Part shown: positions 12,464 through 25,720 of the stretch, one piece after another
Numbering within the stretch: position 1 is the stretch's first letter
Layout: each line of letters starts with the position of its first letter
Source of the DNA: Squalus acanthias
Lineage: Eukaryota
Assembly (NCBI GenBank): GCA_030390025.1
Contig: CM059431.1
Coordinates: forward strand, 156,738,001 to 156,802,000
DNA: 64,000 nt
Direction of reading: 5' to 3'
Program-made: the position numbers and the translations under genes
Notes under the pieces: generated by a model
What the model saw: only the letters and a program-made list of their open reading frames with translations
The model's database searches: none
Told to the model about the DNA's origin: nothing

Positions 12464-13608
12464 TGTAGGCTTCGCAAAATCCCCCAGAAACTCGAACAGA
12501 GCCCTAAAGGGAGTGTTTTTTGGACTTTTCGTACAAACTTGGGATGATGGGACCACAGTGAAGTGATTTGATGTAAAAACCTAAAGATCACAAGAAGAAA
12601 ACCTGAGGAAACTGATTTTTTTGAATCTTATTGTTGGGAGAGACATTTTTTTTCACTGACAAGCTGCGAGGGGCGTGGCTGGTAGTGAACGGATCAAGCT
12701 GTCTGGGAATTGTTTGAGACAATGCAAAACTCACAAACACATTCAAATATGGATCCCCAGGGGCAAACAAAATGCTGGAAATCTAAAAACGATTCAATGA
12801 CAATAGAACTTCGATCACACAGTTTCATAGCCATTATCCCATCAAAAAAACAATTCACCAGGTATCCAGAGAACCGATTTAAAAGCCCGCCAACAGAAGG
12901 ACAATAGAGTGAAGATTTAGCGCATAGATAAGGCCGTGTTTTAAACTGGAAAGCGATTAACACTAAGCAGAAACCATCGGAACTGGCAAGCCCGCCTAAA
13001 ACTAGACAGTTGGACGAAGAAAGGGTCATTTACATTCAAAAAGGAATTCGTTTTAGTAAGGGGTCTTTGAGCGCGAAAAGGAAACAGTATAATTTGAAAG
13101 CCTGTGCCATAATCTCTCTCTTTGGACTGACTGGCGACGCGGACACAGCTCTCTCCCTGCTCCAGCAAAACTTACCAGAGGCCACGAAGAAGAGGAACAG
13201 CACGCAAGAAGAAACCATAAGGGCATTCCGTAGTCCTTTTGAACAAAAAGACTCTGATATCCTGTCAAGGATTCGTTGGTGAGCATTATCCCTGATCTCC
13301 TGAAACCAAAAACCTAGCCAGATAGTGGAATCTTTGGGAGGGATAATGTTTTGTTTGATATATTGTCATTTCCCTCGCTTGTACCGTGTGTTCCCCGAAT
13401 CTGTGTTTAAGTAATAAGTGTGTTTCAAGTTTGTTACCTTTTTTTCTTTTAATAAAGTAAATTTCTTTCATCAGAATCTGTTTACTGCAATTTTGTTCAC
13501 AACCCCTAAATAAGCCCATAGTCTAGGAACCGGAGGGGTGTTGGAGTGATTCGAACCGCTCACTGTGTCAGAAAGCGAAGGCTGACCCAACTTAAGATAC
13601 TCCTTACA
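12464..13608 (+). repeat. 3' LTR
   Basis: TGT...ACA termini; AATAAA at 13451-13456. Confidence 0.95.
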
Positions 13609-14310
13609 CTATGCAGAGGATCATAGTCTCTGGCCTATTTGGTCGGTATATGGACTGAGTGCCGTAGGTTATGTAGTGGACCAAAACGCTTTGGGATAGT
13701 GGGCATGCAGAGTGTCATAGTACCCAGCAATTATGAAACTACAGAGCGTAGGAGTCCCGTCATCTACAGAGAATCAGTGTGCCCTGGGCTACGGGAAGAT
13801 AGAGGGAATATTTATCCTGTAGAGGTTCAGAATACCTGCGGCTACTGGGATTGTAGAAGCTCAGAGTAGCTTGGGCCATTGGGCTGCAAGAGGGGAAGCG
13901 TACACTGGGGAATTGAGCCTGCAAAGGAGCAAAGTACGATGGGGTATTGTGTGTGTAGTGTTTGTGTGGACCCTGGGCTATGTTGAGGGTTGGATTTAAC
14001 TGGGCTATGCAAAGGTTCAGTGTGCCCTTGGCTATGCAGAGTATCAGAGTTCCCTCGGCTATTGAGTTTGTAGAGGTTCAGAGTACCATGGGGAATATAG
14101 AGGGTCAGATGCCATTGAATCATAGGTCAGTAGAGGTTTAGAGTACTCTGTACTATTGGGCCCACACAGTATCAGAGTACCCTGTGCTATTGACCCTGCA
14201 GTCGTTCCGAATGCCCTGTGCTATTGGGCCTACAGCGGCTCAGAGTAACCCGGGCTATTGAGCCTACAGAGGATACGAGTACCCTGGACTATGCAGCGTT
14301 AGTTCGTAGC
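13609..14310. repeat. Diverged ~34-bp (and ~25-bp variant) minisatellite
   Basis: GAGTACCCTGGGCTATTGGGCCTGCAGAGGTTCA-like tandem units. Confidence 0.75.
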
Positions 14311-14445
14311 CACGTTGGAGAGGCACCAGAGTTTCCAGGTGCGCCTCTTTTGTACAGGGACCATGAATCAGGCATGCCTCCCTCGCCTGATCACTATCTC
14401 TTGGCAACTGCTTAAAACTACAATTGAGTTGATGTCTTTCGGAAG

Positions 14446-17400
14446 CATAGAAGCATAAAAGCATAGAAGATAGGAGCAGGAGTAGACCATTCGTCCCGTC
14501 GAGCCTGCTCCGCCATTTAATGAGATCATGGCTGATCATTCAACACGGTGGCATAGTGGTTAGCACTGGTGCCTCACAGCGCCAGAGACCCGGGTTCGAA
14601 TCTGGCCTCGGGTGACTGTCTGTGTGGAGTTTGCACATTCTCCCCGTGTCTGCGTGGGTTTCCTCCGGGTGCTCCGGTTTCCTCCCACAGTCCAAAAATG
14701 TGCGGGTTAGGTGATTTGGCTATGATAAATTGACCCTTAGTGTTAGGGGGAGATTAAATATGTGGGGTTACAGGGATAGGATGGGATATGTTAGGGGGAA
14801 TTAAATACGTGGGGTTACAGGGATAGAGTGGGATATGTGTCGGTGCAGGCTCGATGGGGATTCTGTGTGAGGGGGCAGGGACAGGGTACTGGATTTGGAT
14901 GATCAGCCATGATCGTATTGAATGGTGGAGCAGGCTCGACGGGCCGAATGGCCTACTCCTGCTCCTAGTTTCTATGTTTCTATGTCTATGTTTCATTCAA
15001 ATTCAGTACCCAGTTCCTGCATTCTTCGCCAAATCCCTTGATGCCTTTCGCCTTAACAAATATATCTATCTCTTTCTTGAATATATTTAATGAATTGGCC
15101 TCAACTGCCTCCTGTGGTAGAGAATACCACAGGTTCACCACTCTCTGGGTAAAGAAATTCCTCCTCATCTCAGTCCTAAATTTCTTACCCCTTACCTTTA
15201 GACTGTGACCTCTGGTTCTGGACTCCCCCACCATCGGGAACATCCTTCCTGCATCTAGTCTGTCTAATCCTGTTAGAATTTTAGAAGTTTCAGTAAGATC
15301 CCCTCTTATTCTTCGAAACTCTAGCGAATATAAGCTTAATCGACCCAATCTCTCTTCATAAGTCATTCCTGACATCCCAGGTATCAGTCTGGTAAATCTT
15401 CGCTGCACTCCCTCCATGGTAAGAACAGCCTTCCTCAGATAAGGCGTCAAAATGGATAACCTCGCATTTGTCCACATTATACTGCATCTGCCATGCAACT
15501 GCCCAATCACCCAAACTGTCCAAATCATACTGGAGTTTCTATGCATCCTCCTCACAGCATACACGTCGACCCAGCTTTATGTCTTCTGCAAAGTTAGAGA
15601 TATTACATCTAGTGCCCTCCTCTAGATCATTAATATGTATTGTGAATAGCTGGGGTCCTATCGCCGATCCCTGCGGTACCCCACTAGTCACTGCCTGCCA
15701 CTCGGAAAAAGTCCCGTTTATTCCAACTCTTTGCTTCCTTTCTGCCAACCAGTTCTCCATCCAAATCAATAACTTACCCGCAAACCCATGTGGTTTAACT
15801 TTGCACGCTAGTCTCTTATGCGGGACCTTATCGAAAGCCTTCTGACTGTCCAAATATAACACAGCCACTCGTTCTCCCTTGTCTATTCCACCAGTTACAT
15901 CCTCAAAAAATTCCAGTAGATTAGTCAGGCATGAGTTACCTTTTGTAAATCCATGTTGACTTTTTCCGATCCTGTCACTGTTTTCCAATGCTCTGCTATA
16001 ACATATTTTATAATAGACTCTAGCATTTTGCCCACTGCCGATGTCAGGCTTACCGGGTTATGATTCGCCGTTTTTTCTCTGCCACCTTTTTTATTAGTGC
16101 TGTTACATTAGCTACCCTCCAATCAATGTGAACGTTTCCAGAGTCTATAAGAATTTTGAAATATGACCAGCAATGCATCTACTATTTCTAGGGCCACTTC
16201 GTTAAGTACCCGAGGATGGAGATTATCAGGTCGTGTGGATTTATCGGCCTTCAATCCTATCAATTTCCCTAACACCATTTCCGTACAAATAATGATGTCA
16301 TTTAATTCCTCCCTCTCATTAGACCTTATGTTCCCCGACATCTCTGGGAGTTTATTTGTGTCCTCCTTTGTGAAGACGGAACGAAAGTACGTATTTAATT
16401 GAGCTGCCATTTCTAGGTTTCCCATTATAAATTCCCCTGATTCTGACTGCAAGGGACCTACGCTTGACTTCACCAATCTTTTTCACTTCACATATCTATA
16501 GAAGATGTTACTGTCAGTTTTTACGTTCCCTGGAAGCTTACTCTCATATTCTATTTTCCCCCTCTTAATTAATCCCTTTGTCCTCCTTTGTTGATGTCTA
16601 AACTGCTCCCAATCCATGGGTTTGCTGCTTTTTCTGTCCAATTTATATGTGCTCTCCTTGGATCTAATGCTATCCCTAATTTCTGTTGTTAGCCACGGTT
16701 GAGTCACCTTTTTTGTTTTAATTTTTTTCCAAACTGGAATGAACAAATTCATAGTTCATCCATGCGATCGTTAAATGTTTGCCATTGCCTATCCAACGTC
16801 AACCCTTTAAGTAATGCAACCCCAATCCATCCAAGCCAACTCGTGCATCATGCCATCGTAGTTTCCTTTATTTAAATTCAGGACCCTAGTCTCTGAGTCA
16901 ACTAATTCACTCTCCATCTTAATGAGGAATTCTATCATATTATGATCGCTCCTCCCCATGGGGCCTCGTAAAACAAAATTCCTAATTAATCCTTTCTCAT
17001 TAAATAATACCCAGTTTAAGATGCCCTAATCTCTGATTGGTTTCTCGACATATTCGTCCAGGAAACCTTCCCGTATACACTCTAGGAATTCCTCCTCCAC
17101 AGTATTGTTACTAATTTGGTTAGCCCAATCTTTCTGAAGATTAAAGTCACCCATGATAACTGCTGTGCTCTTATTGCATGCATCTCTAATTTCCCGTTTA
17201 ATGCCATCCCCAACCTCAGCATTACTCTTTGTGGATCTGTATACAACTCCCACTAACGTTTTCTGCCCCTTTGTATTTCTCAGCTCTACCAATACCGATT
17301 TCACATCATCAGAGCTAATTTATTTCCTTACTATTGTGTTAATCTCCTCTTTAACTAGCAATGCTACCCAACCTCCTTTTCCTTCTTGTGTGTCCTCCCT

Positions 17401-18239
17401 GAATATTGAACACCGCTGGATGCTGAATTCCCAGCCTTGGTCATCCTGGAGCCATGTCTCCGTGATCCCAATTAAAGCATATCCGTTTACATCTATTTGC
17501 GCAGCTAATTCATCGACCATATTGCGAATGCTCCTCGCATTAAGACACAAAGCCTTCAGGCTTGTTTTTTAACACTCTTATTCATTTTAGAATTATTATT
17601 TATTGTAGCCCTCTTTGATTTACACCCTTGATTTCTCTGCCTTCCACTTTTGCTTTTCTACTTCCTGTCTTTTGCTTCTATCCTTGATTCCCCTTCCTCT
17701 GTTTCCCTGCACGGGTTCCCAAACCCCTGCCATTTTAATTTAAACCCTCCCCAACAGCACTAGCAATCACACCCCCTCGGACAAATGTCCCGGTCCTGCC
17801 CAGGTGCGAACCATCCAGTTAGTACTTTTCCCACCGCCCCCAGAACCGGTTCCAATGTACCAGGAATTTGAAACACTCCCAGTTGCACCATTCCTCTAGC
17901 CACGTATTCAGCTGAAATATTCTTCTATTTCTACTCTGCCTAGCACGTGGCACAGGTAGCAATCCTAGGATTACTACCTTTGAGGTCCTATTTTTTAATT
18001 TACCTCCTAACTCCCTATATTCAGCTTTTCGGACTTCATACCGTTGTTTACCTATATCTTTGGTAACTATATGCACCACGACAACTGGACGTTCACCCTC
18101 CCCCTCCAGAATGCCCTGCAGCCGCTTCGAGACATCCTTGATTCTTGAACCAGGGAGGCAACATACCAACCTGAAATTCATCGTCTGGAATTTACTCTCC
18201 CTCACAGAACATGCGGTGTGGTCTAACAGTGAAGAACAC
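14446..18239 (-). mobile_element. Near-full-length CR1/HER1-type LINE (ORF1 SGNH esterase, ORF2 APE-RT), disrupted
   Basis: CCLPG..V.VH..WNRFWGRW; CLNARSIRN..ITETWL; GDFN; QGSAIGP; candidate TSD TCGGAAG at 14439-14445 and 18240-18246. Confidence 0.93.
14544..14992 (+). mobile_element. HE1/V-SINE (tRNA-derived) with CR1 3' tail, inserted in the CR1 3' UTR
   Basis: A/B boxes TGGCATAGTGG and GGTTCGAATC; V-domain GTGGAGTTTGCACATTCTCCCCGTG; 8-bp TSD TCATTCAA at 14536-14543 and 14993-15000. Confidence 0.92.
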
Positions 18240-18524
18240 TCGGAAGAGGGACTGCACGTTTTTCAGCTTCAGTTGGATCCGGACCATTTGGTGATAGACT
18301 GATCTTCTGAGTGGAGGGGAGGAAACTGGTAAAGTTGCATATGTGTACATTTTGGCCCGCTTTTAGTGAGCGTCCATCTTTCCAGATACTTCAGGACATT
18401 GTCGACGCCGGCACTCCAGTGTACAGTCCAGAACATCGGGCAGAACTCCCCAGCTCTTCTTTCAAATTGTGCCATTGTATCATTTCATTCCAGCTGAGAA
18501 CGGAGACATGGCCTCGATTTACTG

Positions 18525-18600
18525 CCTAATCCAAGAGATGGCACATCAGACAGTGCAGCGCTCCCTCAGTACTGCGCTGAAGTTTCAGGAAATATACATC
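18525..18600 (-). mobile_element. DeuSINE-like fragment
   Basis: GGCACATCAGACAGTGCAGCGCTCCCTCAGTACTGC core motif. Confidence 0.55.
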
Positions 18601-19109
18601 ACACTCCGTCGGTAACCTTATCTCCAACTTGCCACAATATTGCCGGGGAGAACTCGCCTCTGAGTCACTTCTACAATTGAATTCACAGAGGTACAGTTCG
18701 TATCTAGTAGACACTTCGTGAAACTCGGGAAGGTACTCCAACTTTGACATCTGTTTCTCCCTGTCAGACCTGCAGGATGTCGCCAAAATCAGTTTATTTA
18801 CACTTTATTTGTGCCCTAATCAGTCCAGCACGAGCTATTGAATGACCACATTCTGAGCAGTGCGATCAATAATCCCTGTCTACCTTGCATAAATAAATCA
18901 GTGCACGCACATGTAATTCAGTCCCCATGGCGTTTATTTTATTATTATTTCAATAATTTGTGTATTAGATGTTTTGTAATATATAAACATTTTTTATATC
19001 TCTATGCAGATATATTATACATTCTGATGTACACATATCTAAATGACGTTGTGGATCTCGTTCTTAAGCTTTAATTACCAGCAACTACTGTCGTAAAAAT
19101 GGGAGCAGT

Positions 19110-19480
19110 GACTATGATCTAAAATTGTTGAAATCAGTGTTGAGTCCGGATGGTGGCAAAGTGCCTAATCAAAAGATGATCTGCTATTCCTCGAGCTTCT
19201 GATGAGCTTCATTGCCCGAGTACAAAGAGGTCACAGTGGGATGGAGAATTAAAATGTCAAGCGACCGGAAGCTAAGGGTCACACATCCGGAGAGAACAGA
19301 TGTGTTCACCAAAGCGATTACTGATCCTGCACTAGGTCTCCCCACTGTAGCGGATTCCGCATTGTGAACAGCGAATACAGTATAATGCATTGAAAGATGT
19401 GCTTGTATATCGCTGCTTAACCTGGAAGGAGTATCTGGGACACTGGGAAGTGGTAAGGGAGGAAATGCGTCTACTGAGCT
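19110..19480 (-). mobile_element. Penelope-like element GIY-YIG endonuclease fragment
   Basis: FQVKQRYTSTSFNALYCIRCSQCGIRYSGET...RFGEH...PVA.HFNS. Confidence 0.85.
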
Positions 19481-20950
19481 CATTTATGTTATTTGTTCTC
19501 TTTGGAACACGTCCCGACAACCTGTTCAAAAATGCTATCGATTCTAGAGTATCACTTAATTAACATAATTGCATTAAACTCTCTTCATGATAAGCAATCT
19601 TTTAGTCTGTAATTACAGTCAAATGACCCGATACATTTTTGACCGACTTCAGATTTTTCTGTCCTGTTGCCGAGAATTGATTGTGTATCAAACTGAAAAA
19701 TATTAAAGTAACGAAAAAATAATTATCGATAAGGAGTGGATTCTTCCGTTCACTGTGAGTAGCAATATTATGAAATTCATTCAAAATAAATGTGTTTACT
19801 CATGCGAAGGACATAAATTCTCCACGATATAATATTTCCATTTTTCCCACATCTAGTCTAAAGAAATTAAAATACCTAAAATGCATTTTACATGTGAAAG
19901 AACATTTAATTAATAAATAGTTAACCTGGAAACACACCTGATTTCCTAGAGATTAGCTGTACTCTGGATGAGACGGCACAATGCCGGAACAGAATAGTCA
20001 GTCAGTCTGTTGGCCTGTTCGCAATCCTGATTATCGTTACTCAGATCCAGCTCCATCAGTGAACCGTTTTCATGGAGGGCAGAGACCAGATTTTCCACAC
20101 AATGATCTGTGATATCGTTAGCTTTTAACCTGCAGTGATCGAAAAATAAACAGAAATTATATAAAACGCTCACACATTAAAATATACACCACTTGCTAAT
20201 TATTACTGTGACATTCCAGAGAACGCGGGAGAAACCTTTCATGATATATGCATTTTTTTTCTGTTTATAAATTATTTCCGTCTTAATTTGAATTGAAAAG
20301 TGGGCTGCCTGATCATCATTCGCAAACTAGTTGTACGGTTCAATATTTTAAACCTAATTACTCACTCCAGTCTCTGTATTTTACAGTCTTTTTTCTTCAG
20401 AACGGCAGAGAACCGTTTCACTCCCGAATCTCCCAGTTTATTCTCATTGAGTCTAAACAGGAATAACCAAAATCAATAATTCATAGTTAGCAATGCAATA
20501 AATAGGAAATGTTCGCAATTAATTAATGCATTTAACGTGGGACAATTTGGCCATCCAAGACGCGAATATAAGACCCGTAATTCAAATTCAATTCTATGAT
20601 TTTTCCCAACAGCGATCTCATATATCATGATTAAAGGGTAGGGGAATATATTTTACTGATTAATCCAGCTTCACCCGTGTTGCAAAGAGTGCGCTTGATT
20701 CGAATGCAATGTTGCCAACATCCAATCTGATCTAATTAAATGAGCATCACAGCTCTTTCAGATATTACTTGATCAGACATTCCGGTGCCGTCTCTGAGGG
20801 TGCCATTTAGCACAGCAGGGATGGGAATGAGAGAAGGTGCTCATTAATTTATGGAATTCAGTGATTTGTTTTGCTTTTACCTAATATTACCCCACATGCC
20901 AGTAAAACAGTAGTTGTTGATAATGATATTTAACATAGTCGGTGAATTAC

Positions 20951-22669
20951 CTGAGTATTTTACATTTTTGTAGCACGATAGCCAGCTGATGGATGCCATC
21001 ATCTTGTATTCCACATGTACTAAGATTCAACTCTTCGATCAGTTCAACGGCCATTAGTGCGTTTGAAAGAACCGCAGAGTCAGAAGGTTTAAGAGGGCAT
21101 TGTGTGAATTTCATTGTCTTTATCGATGTTAATGCGGCCTTCATCAGTTTTATGTCTCCAAATTCAAGAAAATAATGCAATATCTTTAAGTGTGTCCTTT
21201 GGCTTTTCCCATCTTCCAAGGTCTGAACACGAATGTTTACATTTTCTGTGAGCCAATCCGACACACACTGGAATGCTTCAGAAGGAAATTGCCCCTATTT
21301 TCGTTCGAGCTGATCAGCTGAATTCCTTGTGGAGAGACCAGAAATAAACTGTAAAAATGTCTTAAATCTGTCGTCACTGCACGCGTGCCATTCCTTGAGC
21401 AGGCGTGTCAGGTCATCTCCTGGTGTCCTTAGACGTTTCATAAGTGCAGCAACAAAGTCATGCATAACGGAATGAGTGAATATGTAGTCAACACTACAAA
21501 GATCTTTGCCACGAATCTCCATCATAAACGCAGAGATAACATTGTAATGTTCGAGACTGTGGTGATAGATTTGTTTTTTCTTGAAAACAACGGTTTTGTT
21601 GCAAAGTCCCTTGTACGCTAACTCGCCCAGTTTCAGCAACATGTCGCGAGAGGTTTCCGCGTCGCAGCCGCATCTCTCTAAAAGGCTTGTGAATTAAGCG
21701 GAGAACACCAGTGTACATATTGTGACGGACAATGGTCTCTCCTCCGCTCCTTCTGCCCGGTGTGACTCTAATAATGAATCGAGGACCGAGCAGTACAGAG
21801 GATTATTGCACATGGTGTACAATGTCTCATTCTGCTCAATATACTCGATTACATCTGTCAAAAACTGCTCATCTCCAAAAAAACGGCGAAAATATTGCTT
21901 TATTTTCTCAGAGGTGAAACCCAGGATTTCGAAGGTTGGAATTAGATTCGCCTTTCCCATAGACTCCAGGGTCCACGGCCGGCTTTTGATCAGTACTGAG
22001 CAGCCCTTGAGCAGTTTCCCCTTTATGAGGCAGCGCACGATTTCTGACACGTCACAGAAGCACTCGGGATCGAAACGCTGATTTGGGGGGTCGTTGTTTC
22101 TCTGAATATCTGTGAAATCAATGGGTTGCCTAAATTCATCTAAATCATTAAATATAAACAATATATTTCCGGCTTGTTTCCACAAAAGTTTAAACTCATT
22201 TTCGAAATCGGGGTAGTAATCCAGGATCAGGCTATTTAGACAAGTTTTTCCTTTTATTAAATTTATTTTTCGAACCTTAAAAGGAAAGACAACTTTAAAC
22301 TGTTGGTATATTTTCCCTGCGGCCCAGTCACTGATTATCTTCTGTATCATGTTGCTTTTCCCAATCCCCGAGGCCCCAATTACCACGGTTGTCCCAGAAC
22401 TGCCTGTTTTAGCGAAACTCAGCAATTGATCCAGCTGAATCTCTTCCAGTTCATCCTCGATATCTTTCCTCTGTAATTCTTCAGGCTCTCTACCTCGGGC
22501 CATCAGTTCATTTTCAACAAGACTCCGCTCACCCAGTGAAGCAACAATCGTTACTTTAGTATATTTTTGATGCAGAAAAAATCTGCGAGGTCTTTCTTTT
22601 CTACAGCGGATTTGACTGTTATTTTCTCACTCTTTTTGCGGAGGTTGTCTTTGTGCTGTAGTTCTATCT
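20951..22669 (-). pseudogene. NACHT exon of the NLR pseudogene
   Basis: Walker A GASGIGKS, Walker B LFIFNDLDE, SRP, EILGF, CNNPLYC, FTHS..DFVAAL; three same-frame ORFs split by stops. Confidence 0.95.
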
Positions 22670-22859
22670 CTGAACATGAACAACGTAATTGGTGCAGTCA
22701 TTGTAATTCAGGAGAAACATATTTAACAGATCAATGCTATGAAGGAGAAACTAATTGTCAAGAAATATTTAAAAATGTCTAAAAAATCTCAACAATGATT
22801 CAACCCTTAATTATTTTACACTTTGTTGTCCAGACACTCATAGAATTGGAAAAAAATAG

Positions 22860-24110
22860 AATTTCTGAAGTGCCAGGAAGCAAGCTTGAGTATTGTGGGC
22901 CGTTTGCTGTTGGATTTTGAGCTTCTGGTGATGAAGATTTCAAAAATTCGATATAAATTGCCAAGTAACTGTTGCTGGTATTTAATGTTCGCAGGTCAAT
23001 TTGGGTTATGAACGACTCCTGCTTTCGTGGTGTAACAAACGATGTTCGGGAACCGCGGGTCTGGCCAGAAAACGAGTTCCTTCATTATATTCTAGCCCCG
23101 ATGATTCCATGTGTTCTGATTGTGCTGCTCACTCCTGTAACCGTTAGACACATTTTACTGGCCAGCGGAGCCTGCAGGAGGCTCCGGGGACAGAGTAGTG
23201 GGGAGAACCGCAGAGACCCAGAGATGGAAAGTCGAAGGAAATCCATCATTTTACTGTTTGTTATATCGGTAAAATTCATTTGGGCCAGAAATTCTGGTCT
23301 CCACGGGTGAGTACGCTTTGGGTATTCACCCTTAGAACCAACGAAAGTGCCGGTGTCGCGCATGCACTGCGCACGCGCTGGAATATTGAACTTCCTTTCC
23401 CCTGAAGTAAGGGGTTCAGAGGTCGAACGCGTGCGGCCGAGAGGCAGAGCGCACGCAGCGAACTTTGTTTTTTTCAGGTATCTCCGTGATGGTAATTACG
23501 GTGAACTTGCGCGGGGAAAAAGGAGGCGCAAGGCCTGCTTCTAACAAGGTAAGTGGAGAATTAAATACAAGTTAAACATTTTTTCAACAGATTTATCTTT
23601 TTTACATACTTCAAAGATAGGTAAGTTTATGTTTAGCACCGTTAAAATGTGTAAATACGTTTTTCAAAAATTTAAATTTTTGTTTAAAGTAGTTAATTTA
23701 TGTAATTTATAGTTATTTTAAAAATGTGATTTTTTTTATTTATTTGAAGTTTTAGTGAGGTTCTGGGCCGATCTCTATTCATAGATTTGGCAGGTCTTCC
23801 TGTCAAAATCTATGAATGAAGAGTCCCTGCTGCGATTTGCACTCCATGGTCAACGTGATCCCAAGGGCGCTTCAAACTAACTGCGCCCCTGTGATACGCA
23901 AGCATTGTGTGCCGGCAGCTGCAGGAGGCCCAGGAGCCGAATTCCACGCAGGCCCGAAGCACAACGTCAGGCGTGGTATGTAAGTACGCGCCCGATTCTT
24001 GCACCCGCGGGAAGCCGGATTGCCGAATTTCTGACCCATTGTTATGATCAGTCTTTATGGTGTATTATATTGGTAGCGAATGTGGTTTTTTGTGTATCAG
24101 CCTTTACTAC
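22860..24110 (+). pseudogene. GPR139-like GPCR fragment (TM5-ICL3-TM6) in an NLR intron, split by a MITE
   Basis: LAPMIPCVLIVLL..VTVRHILLAS...RRLRGQSSGEN..DPEMESRRKSIILLFVIS..FI|LL; matches the recalled shark GPR139-like family pattern. Confidence 0.75.
23282..24037. mobile_element. MITE (PIF/Harbinger-like non-autonomous DNA transposon)
   Basis: TIRs GGGCCAGAAATTC and GAATTTCTGACCC; AT-rich core; related in reverse orientation to 36054-36817. Confidence 0.8.
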
Positions 24111-25374
24111 TACCTAGTTTTTTACAAGAAATTTGCTTTACTTTTCTATATATATCTGTATACACAAAAGTATTTACATGTATATATATATACATAAAAT
24201 GCAGATGTAAACATACATTAGTATCAAAATATGAATTTACCATATTTTGAAGCGCAGTGAAGATTTATTATACTTACAAATACTGGTAATGCCCATGGTG
24301 AAACCTCCGCTCCAAATAGGTTAACGCATTATGAGACCAGAGCAGGACACAAACGGCATCAAGTCAGGCCGCCCGATATTCAGTTTTATTGGTCAATGGA
24401 AGGCAACATCGGACTGAGCCCATAACGGGAGGCAGATATAATCCCCGCCGTTTTGTTTTCCCGTCCAAAACAATTTTAACCCACTTGGTGTTAAACTAAC
24501 CAATTTCATAATAAGTCACTATCAGTCAGCTTGCATACATGCACTGATGCATGGAATATTTGCATTTCGATAAGTTTACTGAATTATGGCATGTCAATTG
24601 TACGATGTCAACAACGTTTTGTGAAACAAGTCGAAATAATCCGTGCAGACCTCATTTTATTTTTTGTCATTGTTTGGTTCTTTTGTAATTATACATTTGT
24701 CAAATATAAGTGATACGGGATGAAATTGGCCATGGGTGGGGGACGCTAAACAGGTGGTATTGTATGGCTCGCCTGTTATAAGCTTCGCTCAATATTCAGA
24801 TCCATTGAATTTAAAAGAACGGATAATCTGGCGTGTGTTAATACGGTGGGGGAATGCGACTCTGCTTGTTTTGCGTGGTTGCCCCTGTCGAACTTCAGCC
24901 TCACAAATTTTAATTTAAAAACAAGTTCTGTCCATAAATAATAAACATTGTTATTCTGACGGTAAATTCCATTTGGATACCACCTACCTTCTAGATCACT
25001 TTCTCCGTCTGTACCTCTGGTCAGTATCTCTGACAATGTTGTTTTCAGCTTGGTTTCTTTACCCTGCAGTTGAAACAAAGTGCACCAGATTGTTCTTTGT
25101 GCCCGAGCTCCCTTTTCCAGCACGGTATCGAAAATAAGTTCGGAGGCTTTAGTTCTGCGGTGACTTTCAGCTAGGGTTCTGATACTGTAAAAACAAAATA
25201 TATTGCAATCAAATACAGCGAAGTAATTTTCAAAATCGGATAGAAAAGGTCTTTTCTCTTTCTCCCTTTCCTTAGGAAAAGGATAAATGGAAACGCTCAG
25301 AATCGGGTGTTAATGCAGAAAACAATTAATTTCGCCATTACTGAGACGGGAGGCGTGAAATACAATGAACATTA

Positions 25375-25720
25375 AGTGGAAACAACAAGAACTAATGCAG
25401 CAGAACGTCCCAAGGCGCTTCAGAGGAGTTTTACTAAACAAAACTTAACACCAAGCCCCAGAGGTATATATTAGCACAGGTGACCAAAGCTTGGTCATAG
25501 AGGTAAATTGTAAAGAGCATCGTTGAGAAGAAATAGTTAGAGATTCAGAGAGGTTTACGGAGGGAATTCCAGAGGTTAGTGTCTAAACCGCTAAATGCAC
25601 GGCAGGCAATGGTGGAGTTATGAACATGGGGGATGCACAAGAGGCCAGAATTGGACGAGCGCCGGGATCTCGACAGGATTCTAGGACTGGACAACGTTAC
25701 AGAAATAGAAAGGACCAGCG
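25375..25720 (-). mobile_element. L2 LINE 3'-end fragment
   Basis: 'aacgtcccaaggcgcttca...caggtgaccaaagcttggtca' L2 tail motifs. Confidence 0.7.

Larger units (their letters stand above)
5549..13608 (+). mobile_element. Endogenous retrovirus-like provirus (lokiretrovirus-like), internally deleted and non-autonomous
   Basis: Two ~1.15-kb LTRs, PBS, PPT, gag-pro-(deleted pol)-env order, imperfect 4-bp TSD CAAT/CTAT. Confidence 0.93.

Noticed and set aside
12710..13282. Nearly continuous reading frame inside the LTRs
   Set aside because: The two internal stops are shared by both LTRs, so they predate integration; no recognisable motif
14544..14620. tRNA gene
   Set aside because: tRNA-derived SINE head followed by a V-domain and LINE tail, with a TSD
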